Positions 37,565 through 47,116 of a stretch of DNA of 64,000 nt are shown piece after piece. Source of the stretch: Candidatus Aquivivens invisus (GTDB lineage Bacteria; Omnitrophota; Gorgyraeia; Aquiviventales; Aquiviventaceae); NCBI GenBank assembly GCA_001804415.1, contig MHGA01000017.1, positions 18,390 to 82,389 of the forward strand, given 5' to 3'. Position numbers and translations under genes: made by a program. Within the stretch, counting starts at the first letter, position 1, and each line of letters starts with the position of its first letter. The notes beneath the pieces are model-generated. The model ran no database searches. It had not been told where the DNA came from and worked only from the letters and a program-made list of their open reading frames with translations.

Positions 37565-37839
37565 CAGGCGGCGTACGGCAACAACGCCATGTAGCGAGCC
37601 CGCTTGATGGCCACAGCCAAGCTGCGTTGATGCTTGGCGCATGCGCCGCTGATGCGCGAGGGCATAATTTTGCCTCGTTCGGTCACGAAGCGTCCAACCC
37701 GTTCGAGGTCTTTGTAATCGACCTCTCGGAGATCTTCCTGGCACAACCGGCAGCTCTTGGGCGTGCCCCGCCGGAGGAAGGTGGCCGGACGTCGCCCTGC
37801 CTTTCGTTTCGCGTCTTTCTTATCCCGCTTGATCCACAT
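37564..37839 (-). CDS. rpsR: 30S ribosomal protein S18
   Basis: [60 protein letters not shown]. Confidence 0.85.
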   Translation of the reverse strand: MWIKRDKKDAKRKAGRRPATFLRRGTPKSCRLCQEDLREVDYKDLERVGRFVTERGKIMPSRISGACAKHQRSLAVAIKRARYMALLPYAA

Positions 37840-37852
37840 GTGTCAGCTCCTG

Positions 37853-38293
37853 TTAAAACGGCGGTTCGTCGCCCTCTGCCGTGCGCGCGCCCTCGGCCTC
37901 GTCCACCGCCAGGGCCCCGGATGTGCCCTCAGGCGCGGAGGCCTCTTCCGCCCGGCGGGCGCCGCCCAGGAATTGCACGCGGTCCGCGCGCACCTCGAGC
38001 GTCGAACGCGTCTTGCCCTCCTGCTCCCAACTCCGGTAGATCAGCCGCCCTTCCACGCACACCAGCCGCCCTTTCGCGAGGTACTGCTTGCAGCTCTCGG
38101 CCTGCTTGCCCCACACCACAATGCGGACAAAGCAGGTTTCTTCTTTTGGATCCCCACCGTCCGAACGGCCGATGGTCGTATTGATGGCCAGCCCGAAACT
38201 CGTCACCGCCGCCCCGCTGGGGATATAGCGAAGCTCCGGATCACGCGTCAGGTTGCCGATCAGCAACACCCGATTGAGATTCGCCATGGTCAC
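37853..38293 (-). CDS. ssb: Single-stranded DNA-binding protein
   Basis: MANLNRVLLIGNLTRDPELRY OB-fold N-terminus and an acidic tail ..DEPPF. Confidence 0.85.
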   Translation of the reverse strand: MTMANLNRVLLIGNLTRDPELRYIPSGAAVTSFGLAINTTIGRSDGGDPKEETCFVRIVVWGKQAESCKQYLAKGRLVCVEGRLIYRSWEQEGKTRSTLEVRADRVQFLGGARRAEEASAPEGTSGALAVDEAEGARTAEGDEPPF

Positions 38294-38658
38294 ACCCTCG
38301 CTGGATGTCTGACAGGTTCGGCGGCCTCCGCGTGTGTCTTGGAAAGCGCCGGCACCTCCGGCACGCCGCCGTTGGCTTGGTGCAGAATCAGAAACCGCAT
38401 CACGGCCTCATTGAGGCGCAACAGCCGTTTGACTTCTTCCACCTGATTCGGATCCGCCTGGAAACGGAGCAGGTGGTAGTGCCCTTCGAGGTGGCGGTTG
38501 ATCCGATACGCGAGACGTCGCCGGCCCCACCCCTCGGACTTGTCGATCTGCCCGCCCAGCTTCCTGATGGGCTCCTCAACCTGTTTCACGGCCTGGGCCA
38601 GCTCGGCTTCCGAGCCGGATGCGTTCAAAATGAGCAAGGCTTCGTACTCACGGTTCAC
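38290..38658 (-). CDS. rpsF: 30S ribosomal protein S6
   Basis: (V)NREYEALLILN..GWGRRRLAYRI. The GTG start at 38656-38658 is preferred. Confidence 0.75.
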   Translation of the reverse strand: MNREYEALLILNASGSEAELAQAVKQVEEPIRKLGGQIDKSEGWGRRRLAYRINRHLEGHYHLLRFQADPNQVEEVKRLLRLNEAVMRFLILHQANGGVPEVPALSKTHAEAAEPVRHPARV

Positions 38659-39232
38659 CACGCACCCCCTTGTTGCGAACATTGACGCGATTCATGGCGA
38701 CCGGCATGCCCTCCCTCGCCCACACCTCGCAGGCCTCCGTCGCCCGCTTGACGGCCTGATCGATGAGCCGTTGCTCCTCGACGGTGAAAGGCGACAAGAC
38801 AAACTCGGTCAGATCCGTTGGCAACGGCTCGCATCCCACGCCCAGACGCAGCCGTGGCACCTCGTGCGTGCCCAGCGCCTCAAGACAGGAGGCCAGTCCA
38901 TGATGTCCTCCGTCGCTCCCACCAGGACGAAGCCGCAATCGACCCAGCGGAAGATTCACATCGTCACAGAGGATGAGGATGTCTGTGGGGGCCACGCGCC
39001 AATCGGCCGCGGCTGTGAAGGCTTCTCCGGAGGCGTTCATCATCGTCAAGGGGCACATAAGACGAATCAGGCCTTGCGGAGCGTGCCAATCTCCATACAC
39101 GGAGCGAGGACGACGACACGCCCACGCGACTCGATGCCGGCGTGCGAGTTGTCGCACCGCCTCCATCCCGACATTGTGTCTCGTGCCCTCGTACCGACCG
39201 CCCTCATTGCCCAACCCCACGATCAGCTTCAT
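38648..39232 (-). CDS. pth: Peptidyl-tRNA hydrolase
   Basis: MKLIVGLGNEGGRYEGTRHNVGMEAV. Confidence 0.85.
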   Translation of the reverse strand: MKLIVGLGNEGGRYEGTRHNVGMEAVRQLARRHRVAWACRRPRSVYGDWHAPQGLIRLMCPLTMMNASGEAFTAAADWRVAPTDILILCDDVNLPLGRLRLRPGGSDGGHHGLASCLEALGTHEVPRLRLGVGCEPLPTDLTEFVLSPFTVEEQRLIDQAVKRATEACEVWAREGMPVAMNRVNVRNKGVRGEP

Positions 39233-39257
39233 GCACTACGATTTTGGTGCTTCGTGC

Positions 39258-39995
39258 TTACTGCTTCTCTTTCCTCTCGCCCTTCTCGGGCGCCTTCTCT
39301 TCCTTGTCCTTCGCCGGTTTCTCGGCGCCGGCTTCCTCGCCTTCGGCTTCAGGTTTCTTCTCGCGGATGACCTCCGGTTCCGTGACCGCTTCAGCCGGGA
39401 CTTCCTCCACCTTCTCTTCCTTCGGCATCAGGACCGACGCGATCACGCCTTCCGGATCAGAGAGTAGGCGGGCGCCGTCCGGCACGGCCAGGTCCTTCAC
39501 GTGAATCGCATCCCCGATCTTCATCTGGCTGATGTCGTGCTCAATCTGGTTCGGGATGCTCGTCGGGAGACACTCCACTTCCACCTCGCGCAAGAAGTGC
39601 TCCAGCATCCCACGGTCTTGCTTGACCCCCACGGCATCCCCCTTCAAGACGACCGGGACCTTCACGCGAATCTGCTCGGTCAACACCACGGCGTGAAAGT
39701 CAATGTGCGTTACCTCGCCGTGGAGGGGATCATGCTGCAGGCGCTTCAGCAGCACAGGCGTTTCCACCGGTTTGCCATCTTGGGCAACCTGCAAGGTGAG
39801 GACGCCGTGCTCGCCGTGGCGGCCATGGAGGAACTTCGTGAATTCCAGCCGATCAACCAGCAGGGAGACGGGAGGGGTCTTCTTGCCATACAGCACCGCG
39901 GGAATCATCCCTTGCCGGCGCAGGCGCCGTGAGGGGCGCGTGCCCTCTTGGACGCGTTGCGTGGCCTGCAAGGTCATGCGTTGTGTCGTCGCCAT
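39258..39995 (-). CDS. rplY: 50S ribosomal protein L25 / general stress protein Ctc with a K/E-rich C-terminal tail
   Basis: MIPAVLYGKKTPPVSLLVD..HGEVTHIDF. Confidence 0.8.
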   Translation of the reverse strand: MATTQRMTLQATQRVQEGTRPSRRLRRQGMIPAVLYGKKTPPVSLLVDRLEFTKFLHGRHGEHGVLTLQVAQDGKPVETPVLLKRLQHDPLHGEVTHIDFHAVVLTEQIRVKVPVVLKGDAVGVKQDRGMLEHFLREVEVECLPTSIPNQIEHDISQMKIGDAIHVKDLAVPDGARLLSDPEGVIASVLMPKEEKVEEVPAEAVTEPEVIREKKPEAEGEEAGAEKPAKDKEEKAPEKGERKEKQ

Positions 39996-40011
39996 CAGTC
40001 CTCCATTACCC

Positions 40012-41016
40012 CTACCCCGGGATGCCGTCAAAGAGCGAACTGATCGATTGCTCATCGTGGATCCGCCGAATCGCCTCCGCCAGGAGGGGGGCGACGGAGA
40101 GCACGGTGAGGCGTGCACGCGGCTGCACGTTCGTCAGGGGGATCGTGTCGGTGACGATCAGCTCCTCAATCGCCGAGCCGGCCAGGCGCTGCACCGCCGG
40201 ACCGGACAGCACCGGATGGGTCACCGCGGCGAACACCGTTTTCGCGCCTGAGCGCTTCACCGCCGAAGCCGCCTCCACGAGCGAGCTGCCGGTGGCCAGG
40301 AGATCATCGACCAGCACGCACGCCTTGCCGGAGACGTCCCCCAGGATATGCATCACGTCGGTGGACTCGGGGGTGTTGCGACGTTTATCGACGATGGCCA
40401 AGCCCGCGTGCAGCCGCTTGGCATAGGCCCGCGCCATCTTGATCCCGCCCACATCCGGCGAGACGATGACCAGCGGCTTCAGGCGTTTGCGCCTGAGGTA
40501 GTCGGCGAAGACGTTGATGGCATAGAGATGGTCGAGGGGGATATCGAAAAACCCCTGGATCTGCCCGGCGTGAAGATCCATCGTCAAGATCCGATCGGCG
40601 CCGGCGGTCGTGATCAGATTGGCGACCAGTTTCGCGGTGATGGGCACCCGCGGCTGATCCTTGCGGTCTTGACGGGCGTAGCCGTAGTAGGGGATCACCG
40701 CCGTGATGCGACGCGCGGAGGCGCGGCGGATCGCATCGAGCATGATCAAGAGTTCCATCAGGTTGTCATTCGGCGGCGGGCACGTGGGTTGCACCACAAA
40801 GACGTCTTTGCCTCGGATGTTCTCTTGGATCTTGACGGAAATCTCCCCTTCGCTGAACCGCCCGACGAGACACTTCGAGAGATCCACCCCCAGATGCCTG
40901 CAAATCGCTTTGGCCAGCGGGGGGTTGGCGTTGCCGCTTAAGATCGCCAGCCCGGAATCGACCGGTTGAGGACGTCGGAGGGTTCGAGGTTTCGTGGCAC
41001 GCAGGGTTGCTGGCAT
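40012..41016 (-). CDS. prs: Ribose-phosphate pyrophosphokinase
   Basis: LAILSGNANPPLAKAICRHLG.., VVSPDVGGIKMARAYAKRL, and the DLHAGQIQGFF PRPP-binding loop. Confidence 0.8.
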   Translation of the reverse strand: MPATLRATKPRTLRRPQPVDSGLAILSGNANPPLAKAICRHLGVDLSKCLVGRFSEGEISVKIQENIRGKDVFVVQPTCPPPNDNLMELLIMLDAIRRASARRITAVIPYYGYARQDRKDQPRVPITAKLVANLITTAGADRILTMDLHAGQIQGFFDIPLDHLYAINVFADYLRRKRLKPLVIVSPDVGGIKMARAYAKRLHAGLAIVDKRRNTPESTDVMHILGDVSGKACVLVDDLLATGSSLVEAASAVKRSGAKTVFAAVTHPVLSGPAVQRLAGSAIEELIVTDTIPLTNVQPRARLTVLSVAPLLAEAIRRIHDEQSISSLFDGIPG

Positions 41017-42428
41017 TACCGTCGTCGCCTCGCGGTGTGTGTCGCTCGCCGAGCCTTCGGAGCCTTCCGAACGGCTCGTTTCACGATCCGACGAGCGGTG
41101 TTCATGGGTCGTCTTGTGACAGGCTTCTGCCTCGACGGGTTCTTCCGGACAGGTTGCTTCTTCGCGGCAGGCTTCGCCCGCTCTAACAGGTGCGCCGGCA
41201 CCCCGACCACGACGCTGCGAGGGGCCACATCGTGCCCCTTGGGCACGACGCTGCCGGCCCCTGTCACCGCACCGGATCCGACCTTGACCGGTGCGACCAG
41301 CACCGTGTCGCATCCAATGAAGGCTCCGCGGCCGATGGTCGTGGGGAGCTTGTTCGTCCCGTCATAGTTGGCCGTGATGGTGCCCGCGCCGATGTTCACG
41401 TCCTCTTCCACCGTCGTATCGCCTAAATACGTCACATGGTTGATGCGGACACGCGTGCTGACCTTGGTCCGCACCAACTCCACGAAATTGCCCACCCGCA
41501 CCTCATCCCCGAGCACCACCCCCCGCCGCAGGCGGGCGAAGGGCCCGATGGCGCATCGGCGTCCGACGCTCACCCCGGACTCAATCACGGTGCCAGGGTG
41601 GATCACGGTGTCATGCCCGATGTATACCCCGTGATCGATATACGTCATCTGGGGATCCACAATCGTCACACCGTTGGTGAGATGGCCCTCGAGGATCCGC
41701 TGCCGCACGACCGCGGTGGCTTTCGCCAAGTCCTGCTGCGAGTTGACGCCCAGCCCCTCAGCCGCCATCTCCAACCGGACCACCTGGAATTTCGTCCCCG
41801 GCTGTTTGGCCAGCCGGTTGACCGCCTGGGTCAGGTACAGCTCTTTTTTGGCCTGGCTGGGGTGGACGGTGGCCAGGGCCTCGAACAGCAGCTGCGCCTT
41901 CACGCAGATCGGCCCGACGTTGATCTCGCGGATGGCGCGTTGCGAGGTCGTGGCGTCCGCTTCTTCCGCGATGCCGACGACCTCCCCGGTCGCTTCCCGC
42001 AGGATGCGCCCGTAGCCGGCCGGATCGGCGAGATGGGTCGTCAGGAGCGTGCAGGTGGCATTCGCCCGGTTGTGCGATTCGATCAACCGCTGGACCGTGG
42101 TGCGACGCAACAACGGCGTGTCCGCGTAGAGGACCAACACGTCTCCCGACAGGCTGCCCGCGGCGCGTTTGGCCAGCAGCACCGCGTTGGCGGTCCCCAA
42201 GGGTTTGGATTGGATCACGACCTTCACGTCCTTGGGCAGGTGCGGCGCGATCTGATCCGCCGCCTCACCGAGAATGACGATGGGGTGTTTGGCCCCGGCG
42301 GAGGCCGCCAGATCCAGGGCGTAGCCGATCATCGGCCGCCCGCAAATCGGATGGAGCACCTTGGGGCATTCCGACTTCATCCGCGTGCCGCTGCCCGCCG
42401 CCAGAATGATGACGCTGAGTGGTTTCAT
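41016..42428 (-). CDS. glmU: Bifunctional GlmU (GlcNAc-1-P uridyltransferase / GlcN-1-P acetyltransferase) with a basic C-terminal tail
   Basis: MKPLSVIILAAGSGTRMKS..LGTANAV and C-terminal hexapeptide repeats. Confidence 0.85.
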   Translation of the reverse strand: MKPLSVIILAAGSGTRMKSECPKVLHPICGRPMIGYALDLAASAGAKHPIVILGEAADQIAPHLPKDVKVVIQSKPLGTANAVLLAKRAAGSLSGDVLVLYADTPLLRRTTVQRLIESHNRANATCTLLTTHLADPAGYGRILREATGEVVGIAEEADATTSQRAIREINVGPICVKAQLLFEALATVHPSQAKKELYLTQAVNRLAKQPGTKFQVVRLEMAAEGLGVNSQQDLAKATAVVRQRILEGHLTNGVTIVDPQMTYIDHGVYIGHDTVIHPGTVIESGVSVGRRCAIGPFARLRRGVVLGDEVRVGNFVELVRTKVSTRVRINHVTYLGDTTVEEDVNIGAGTITANYDGTNKLPTTIGRGAFIGCDTVLVAPVKVGSGAVTGAGSVVPKGHDVAPRSVVVGVPAHLLERAKPAAKKQPVRKNPSRQKPVTRRPMNTARRIVKRAVRKAPKARRATHTARRRR

Positions 42429-42478
42429 CACGTGGTCCTCTCTTGTGGCTCCCACGACCGCCCCGCCAGCGCGTTGCG

Positions 42479-42549
42479 CTGGGGAGCCAGGGCTCGAACC
42501 TGGACGTAGAGCTTCAAAGGCTCTTGTGCTACCGTTACACTACTCCCCA
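42479..42549 (-). tRNA. tRNA-Gln (anticodon UUG)
   Basis: The minus-strand sequence TGGGGAG..CTCCCCA has a 7-bp acceptor stem. The anticodon stem AGAGC/GCTCT has loop CTTTGAA. The T-arm is CCAGG-TTCGAGC-CCTGG. No encoded CCA. Confidence 0.75.
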
Positions 42550-42580
42550 ATCCCGAGGGAACACAACTTTCCGACGTGGA

Positions 42581-43468
42581 TTAGCGTGTCGCGGTCTTCA
42601 CCACCGCAATCCGCCACGAGGAGCCACCCTTCTCTCGGAGGCGCCGCGAGGCGGTCTCGGCATGGGCGCGATCCTGACACAGCCCAAAAACGGAAGGACC
42701 GCTGCCGCTTACCATGGTACCGAGGCACGGACACGACTGCAGAAACCCCTGGATGTCTTGAATGACAGGACAACGCCGGATCGCTTCGGGTTGTAGATCG
42801 TTCCTCAACCCGCTCGCGAGCTCGCTGAGCGAGCCGTTGCGTAAGGCGTGCAGGAGCATGCTAATCGAACGCCGACTCACCGTCAAGGACGATTTCTTCA
42901 ACGGCTTGGCGGCGTCAAACCCCTCGTAGACGTCCTGGGTGGACAGACGAGCCGTCGGCACGACCACGACCTGCCACAACGTGGGGCACCCGCCGGCGAC
43001 CGGCTCGCACGCATCTCCCCTCCCCCGACCCACGGCAAACGGCCCCCGCTCCAAGAAAAACGGGACATCGGCCCCCAACGGCCCTGCGAGTTGACGCAGG
43101 CGCTGCGCCGAAAGCCGCAGAGCCCAGAGCCGATTCAACCCGATGAGTGTCGCGGCCGCATCGGAGGAGCCTCCGCCCAGCCCCGCGGCGATGGGGATGC
43201 GCTTGGCCAAGTGAATCGCCGCGCCCTGAGAGACGTTGCAGGTCTGCTGCAGAAGGTGCGCGGCTTTCGTGACGAGATTGGACGCTCCACACGCCAGGGT
43301 TGGATCATCACAGGTCATGGTGATGCCACGTGCCTGCGGCTTGAACGTCAGCTCATCCGCGAGATCGATGCGCTCGAACAGCGTCTCCAGCTCGTGATAG
43401 CCGTCAGGACGACGCCCGAGGATCCGCAGATAGAGGTTCAGCTTGGCCGGTGCGTGGAGGCGGAGCAT
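42581..43468 (-). CDS. ispE: 4-diphosphocytidyl-2-C-methyl-D-erythritol kinase
   Basis: PAKLNLYLRILGRRPDGYHEL and the PIAAGLGGGSSDAAA GHMP-kinase motif. Confidence 0.8.
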   Translation of the reverse strand: MLRLHAPAKLNLYLRILGRRPDGYHELETLFERIDLADELTFKPQARGITMTCDDPTLACGASNLVTKAAHLLQQTCNVSQGAAIHLAKRIPIAAGLGGGSSDAAATLIGLNRLWALRLSAQRLRQLAGPLGADVPFFLERGPFAVGRGRGDACEPVAGGCPTLWQVVVVPTARLSTQDVYEGFDAAKPLKKSSLTVSRRSISMLLHALRNGSLSELASGLRNDLQPEAIRRCPVIQDIQGFLQSCPCLGTMVSGSGPSVFGLCQDRAHAETASRRLREKGGSSWRIAVVKTATR

Positions 43469-43534
43469 GTCAACGGGTTGGCGCGTTAGCCGGTTTGCGG
43501 GTTTGCGCGTTCAACGCGCCAACGCGCGAACGCG
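43469..43534. repeat. Hairpin built from NNAACGCG octamer repeats between ispE and the transketolase genes
   Basis: ttggcgcgttagc...cgcgttcaacgcgccaacgcgcgaacgcgctaacgtttggcg. Confidence 0.5.
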
Positions 43535-44473
43535 CTAACGTTTGGCGTGCAAGACGTCCTTGACCGCGGAAGCGATGTCGTCGGGCATCAAGTGGAAGGC
43601 GCGGAGCAGCTCGGCAGGATCGCCGGAGGTCCCGAAGCGATCGAGGACGCCGACGAAGCGCATCGGCACCGGGTGGTGCCTGACCACGACCTCCGCGACG
43701 GCGCCTCCGAGCCCGCCCAGAACGGTATGCTCTTCCACCGTCACGATCGCACCGGTCTCGCGGGCGGCGGCGATGAGGGCGTCTTCATCGATCGGCTTGA
43801 TCGTGTGGAGGTTGATGACGCGGGATTCGATGCGCTCTCGCGCGAGCCGTGCGGCGGCTTCGAGGGCGTGGGCGACCATCGTCCCGCAGGCGATGATCGC
43901 GACATCCGCGCCGTGTCGCAGGACGTTCGCTTTGCCGATCGTGAAGGCGTCGTCGGGCTTCGTCACCGTCGGCACCGGCGCTCGGCCGAGCCGAAGGAAG
44001 ACCGGGCCGGGGTAGGAGGCCGAGGCGATGGTCGCCTGCTTGGCCTCCATCGCATCGCAGGGGACGATCACGGTCATGTGCGGCAGCACGCGCATGTGGG
44101 ACAGCTCTTCCAGCGCTTCCGCCGTCGCCCCATCCGCGCCGACCGACAGACCCCCGTGCGACCCCGCGGTCTTGACGTTGAGCCGCTGATAGCAGACGGC
44201 CAGACGAAATTGCTCCAGGGCTTTCCCCGTGACGAACTGGCTGAAGGAACACGCAAACGCAATCTTGCCGGCCCAGGCCAGGCCCGCCGCCGTGCCGATC
44301 ATGTCCTGCTCCGCGATGCCGACGGAGAAAAAGCGATCCGGGAATTCTTTCTTGAACCACACGGCTCGCGCGGAATCCTCCAGGTCGCCGGAGAGGGCGA
44401 CGACGTTGGGATTGCTGCGCCCCAGCTCCAACAGCCCCTCGCCGAATCCGTCCCGCGTCGGTTTGTCGCTCAT
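43535..44473 (-). CDS. Transketolase, C-terminal (pyrimidine-binding) subunit
   Basis: GIAEQDMIGTAAGLAWAGK and the C-terminal domain of split two-subunit transketolases. Confidence 0.75.
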   Translation of the reverse strand: MSDKPTRDGFGEGLLELGRSNPNVVALSGDLEDSARAVWFKKEFPDRFFSVGIAEQDMIGTAAGLAWAGKIAFACSFSQFVTGKALEQFRLAVCYQRLNVKTAGSHGGLSVGADGATAEALEELSHMRVLPHMTVIVPCDAMEAKQATIASASYPGPVFLRLGRAPVPTVTKPDDAFTIGKANVLRHGADVAIIACGTMVAHALEAAARLARERIESRVINLHTIKPIDEDALIAAARETGAIVTVEEHTVLGGLGGAVAEVVVRHHPVPMRFVGVLDRFGTSGDPAELLRAFHLMPDDIASAVKDVLHAKR

Positions 44474-45354
44474 GAGAGCTTCGCCTTGGCGGCGTCCAAT
44501 TCGCTCAACGCCTTCTCGAGCTCATCAGGTTTCGGCGCCACCCCGTGCCACGCGGGGTTGAGCTCCATGAACGACACCCCCTTGCCCTTCACCGTCCTAG
44601 CGACGATCGCTTGGGGTTGACCTTTGACCGTCTGCGCCTTGTCATAGGCGTCGATCACTTGGACGATGTCGTGCCCGTCGATCTCGAGGGTATGCCACCC
44701 GAACGCCCTCCACTTGTCGGCCAGCGGCTCGATATCTTGAATCTGCGCTACCGGTCCGTTCTGCTGCAGCTGATTCGCGTCCACGATCGCGCACACGGCC
44801 TCCAGCTTGTGGTGGTGGGCGGTCATCGCCGCCTCCCACACCTGGCCCTCCTGGATCTCGCCGTCTCCCATCAGGCAGAAGATGCGGCGCCGACGGCGAT
44901 CCAGCCGATCCGCCAAGGCGATGCCGTTGGCCATCGACAAGCCCTGGCCGAGCGACCCGGAGGCAATCTCCACGCCCGGCGGGGAGTCTTTCTCCGGATG
45001 GCCCTGCAAACGGGTGGGATAGCGACGCAGGGTCCTGAGTTCCTCTTTCGGGAAGTAGCCTCGAGCGGCCAGCACCACGTAGAGGGCCGGGCAGCCATGG
45101 CCTTTGGAGAGCAGGAACAGATCCCGATCCGGCCAGAACGGCTGCGCGGGATCATGCCGCAGCGCGTGCCAATACAGGCCGATGAGCAGCTCCACCATGG
45201 ATAGCGAGCCGCCGGGATGCCCGCTGCCGGCCGCAGCGATGGTGCGCAGGATGTCCTGGCGCAGGTCGACGGCGAGTCGGCGCAGCATCGTGATGTCGGG
45301 ACGGCCCTCAACAGGAGGCATCCGCGTCACCTTAGTGCCGGCTGGTGGCGTCAT
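44470..45354 (-). CDS. Transketolase, N-terminal (TPP-binding) subunit
   Basis: AAGSGHPGGSLSMVELLIGLY and GDGEIQEGQVWEA are TPP-binding motifs. Confidence 0.75.
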   Translation of the reverse strand: MTPPAGTKVTRMPPVEGRPDITMLRRLAVDLRQDILRTIAAAGSGHPGGSLSMVELLIGLYWHALRHDPAQPFWPDRDLFLLSKGHGCPALYVVLAARGYFPKEELRTLRRYPTRLQGHPEKDSPPGVEIASGSLGQGLSMANGIALADRLDRRRRRIFCLMGDGEIQEGQVWEAAMTAHHHKLEAVCAIVDANQLQQNGPVAQIQDIEPLADKWRAFGWHTLEIDGHDIVQVIDAYDKAQTVKGQPQAIVARTVKGKGVSFMELNPAWHGVAPKPDELEKALSELDAAKAKLS

Positions 45355-46840
45355 GGGCCTGCCGGTTCATCAACTGCTCAAGGCGCCGCGTGACGTCTTG
45401 GAGACCGGGGTCCAACTCCAAGGCTTTCTGCCAGGCGCGCTGGGCGCGCTTGAGATCGCCCAGGGTGAAGTAGGCTTGTCCGAGATGATCGAAGACCGTC
45501 GGGTCATCCGCCACGAGGCCAACCGCCTGTTCGAGATGGCGGATCGCGTCCTCCACCTGACCGAGTCGGTACAGCACCCACCCCAAGCTATCGAGGTAGG
45601 CGCCGTTGTCAGGATCCAGGGCGACGGCGCGCTCGATGAGCGCCTTCGCCTCCCGCAGGTCCACCCCATCTTCGGCATCCATGTAGCCCAAGTAGTTGAG
45701 GGCATCGGCGTGGTTCGGATCGAGCTCGATGGTCCGACGCAGGTGACCGCGCGCTTCGTCTTCCAGATGGAGGCGCTCCAACTGGGCGCCGAGATAGAAG
45801 TGCGCCTGCGGCGCGTCGTCCTTCAGCGCCAGCGCGCGCTCAAAGGCGCGCAGCGCCTCGAGCGGGGCATCGGCCTCCCGATAGACCAGCCCTACTAAGA
45901 GGTAGAGCTCCGGGCGCTCGCCCATCACGCCCAACTTGGCGGCCAGCAGATGCTGCGCCTCGCCGTAGTCACCCTGAGCCATCCAGAGGCGCACCAGGCC
46001 CACGACGGCTTCGAGATCCTGCGGATCGATATCCAAGAGGGTCTGGTAGTGGCGCACGGCCTTCGGCATGTCGTCTTGATTCGCAGCGACCCGCGCCGCG
46101 TGGTGATAGAGACGGGTGTTCAACGGATCCAGCCGGATCGCTTCCTCATAGTGGGCCGCCGCCTGCACGGGTTGGTCCGCCAGCTCGTACGTCAACCCCA
46201 GCGCCACCCGCACCTCGACGGAATCAGGCACCAGCTCCAACGCGCGCGAGAGATGCTCGATCGCCTGGGGGAATTGCCCCAGCCGGCCGTAGAGCACGCC
46301 AAGATTGAAGTAGAGCTGCTGGGACGGGCCCTCCACCTCGATCAAGCGCTCATACATGCGAATCGCCTCGTCGAGTCGTCCCTGCAGCACGTAGAGATCC
46401 GCGAGGGTGCTGAGCACGAAGCGATCCGCCGGTTCCTGTTGGCTGAGGCGCTCATACATGCGAATCGCTTCGTCAATCTGCCCCTGGGAGGTGTGGAGCA
46501 TGGCCATCCACCGCAGCGCATCCGGCTGGGACGGCTCCAGGCTGAGGGCGCGCTGAAAACTTTTGAGGGCCTGCTGGGTCTTGCCGAGCTTCACTTGGGT
46601 GGCTCCCACGCGCACGTGGAGGAACGGCGAGTCCTGGTCGTGCTCAAGCGCCTGCTGGTACGCATCCAACGCGTCGGCCAATTGCGTGGAGCGCTCAAGC
46701 ATCAACCCGCGCATGTACAGCCCATAGGAGGGACGGCGCTCCCCCTGAGGGGAGCGCATCGGGGCGCTGGCGCAGCCCACGCCGAGGCACAATCCGACAC
46801 CGACTGCTGCGTTGACGCACGCCTTCCATGCCATGCTCAC
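45332..46840 (-). CDS. TPR-repeat protein, putative lipoprotein
   Basis: The N-terminus MSMAWKACVNAAVGVGLCLGVGC has a lipobox. The remainder is 10 or more TPR units (YQQALE.., AIRMYERL.. repeated). Confidence 0.6.
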   Translation of the reverse strand: MSMAWKACVNAAVGVGLCLGVGCASAPMRSPQGERRPSYGLYMRGLMLERSTQLADALDAYQQALEHDQDSPFLHVRVGATQVKLGKTQQALKSFQRALSLEPSQPDALRWMAMLHTSQGQIDEAIRMYERLSQQEPADRFVLSTLADLYVLQGRLDEAIRMYERLIEVEGPSQQLYFNLGVLYGRLGQFPQAIEHLSRALELVPDSVEVRVALGLTYELADQPVQAAAHYEEAIRLDPLNTRLYHHAARVAANQDDMPKAVRHYQTLLDIDPQDLEAVVGLVRLWMAQGDYGEAQHLLAAKLGVMGERPELYLLVGLVYREADAPLEALRAFERALALKDDAPQAHFYLGAQLERLHLEDEARGHLRRTIELDPNHADALNYLGYMDAEDGVDLREAKALIERAVALDPDNGAYLDSLGWVLYRLGQVEDAIRHLEQAVGLVADDPTVFDHLGQAYFTLGDLKRAQRAWQKALELDPGLQDVTRRLEQLMNRQAHDATSRH

Positions 46841-46955
46841 GGTTCGCCTGTTTCAAAACCTCAGGGCAGCAAGGTGGGAACGTGACTCCGTGGCCACGTG
46901 TTCTCTTGACTCCTTGGCCACTGGGTCACTGACGGGAGGTTTTTGAAACTTCCTG

Positions 46956-47045
46956 TTAGTGCTTCTTATGCCGCATCCGCTTGCGCAATTTCTTGCGCTT
47001 GTGGGTGCGGATCTTCTGAAGCTTGCGCTTCCGCCCACTGGGCAT
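46956..47045 (-). CDS. Small highly basic peptide (29 aa), possibly a bS22/AURKAIP1-like ribosome-associated peptide
   Basis: The ATG at 47043-47045 encodes MPSGRKRKLQKIRTHKRKKLRKRMRHKKH*. It is not in the ORF track because it is too short. Composition and length resemble mycobacterial bS22. Confidence 0.35.
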   Translation of the reverse strand: MPSGRKRKLQKIRTHKRKKLRKRMRHKKH

Positions 47046-47116
47046 GTCGCCTCCAGTTAACGGGTTCAAGGCAAAGCTAACACACGTTCACGAGCACCTA
47101 TCACCTGCCAGGCCCG

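Noticed and set aside
40966-41313. 99-aa N-terminal extension of prs in the ORF track (start at 41313)
   Set aside because: The extension is Arg/Gly-rich low complexity overlapping the 3' end of glmU. The conserved PRPP synthetase sequence begins at MPATLRATK.. near 41016.
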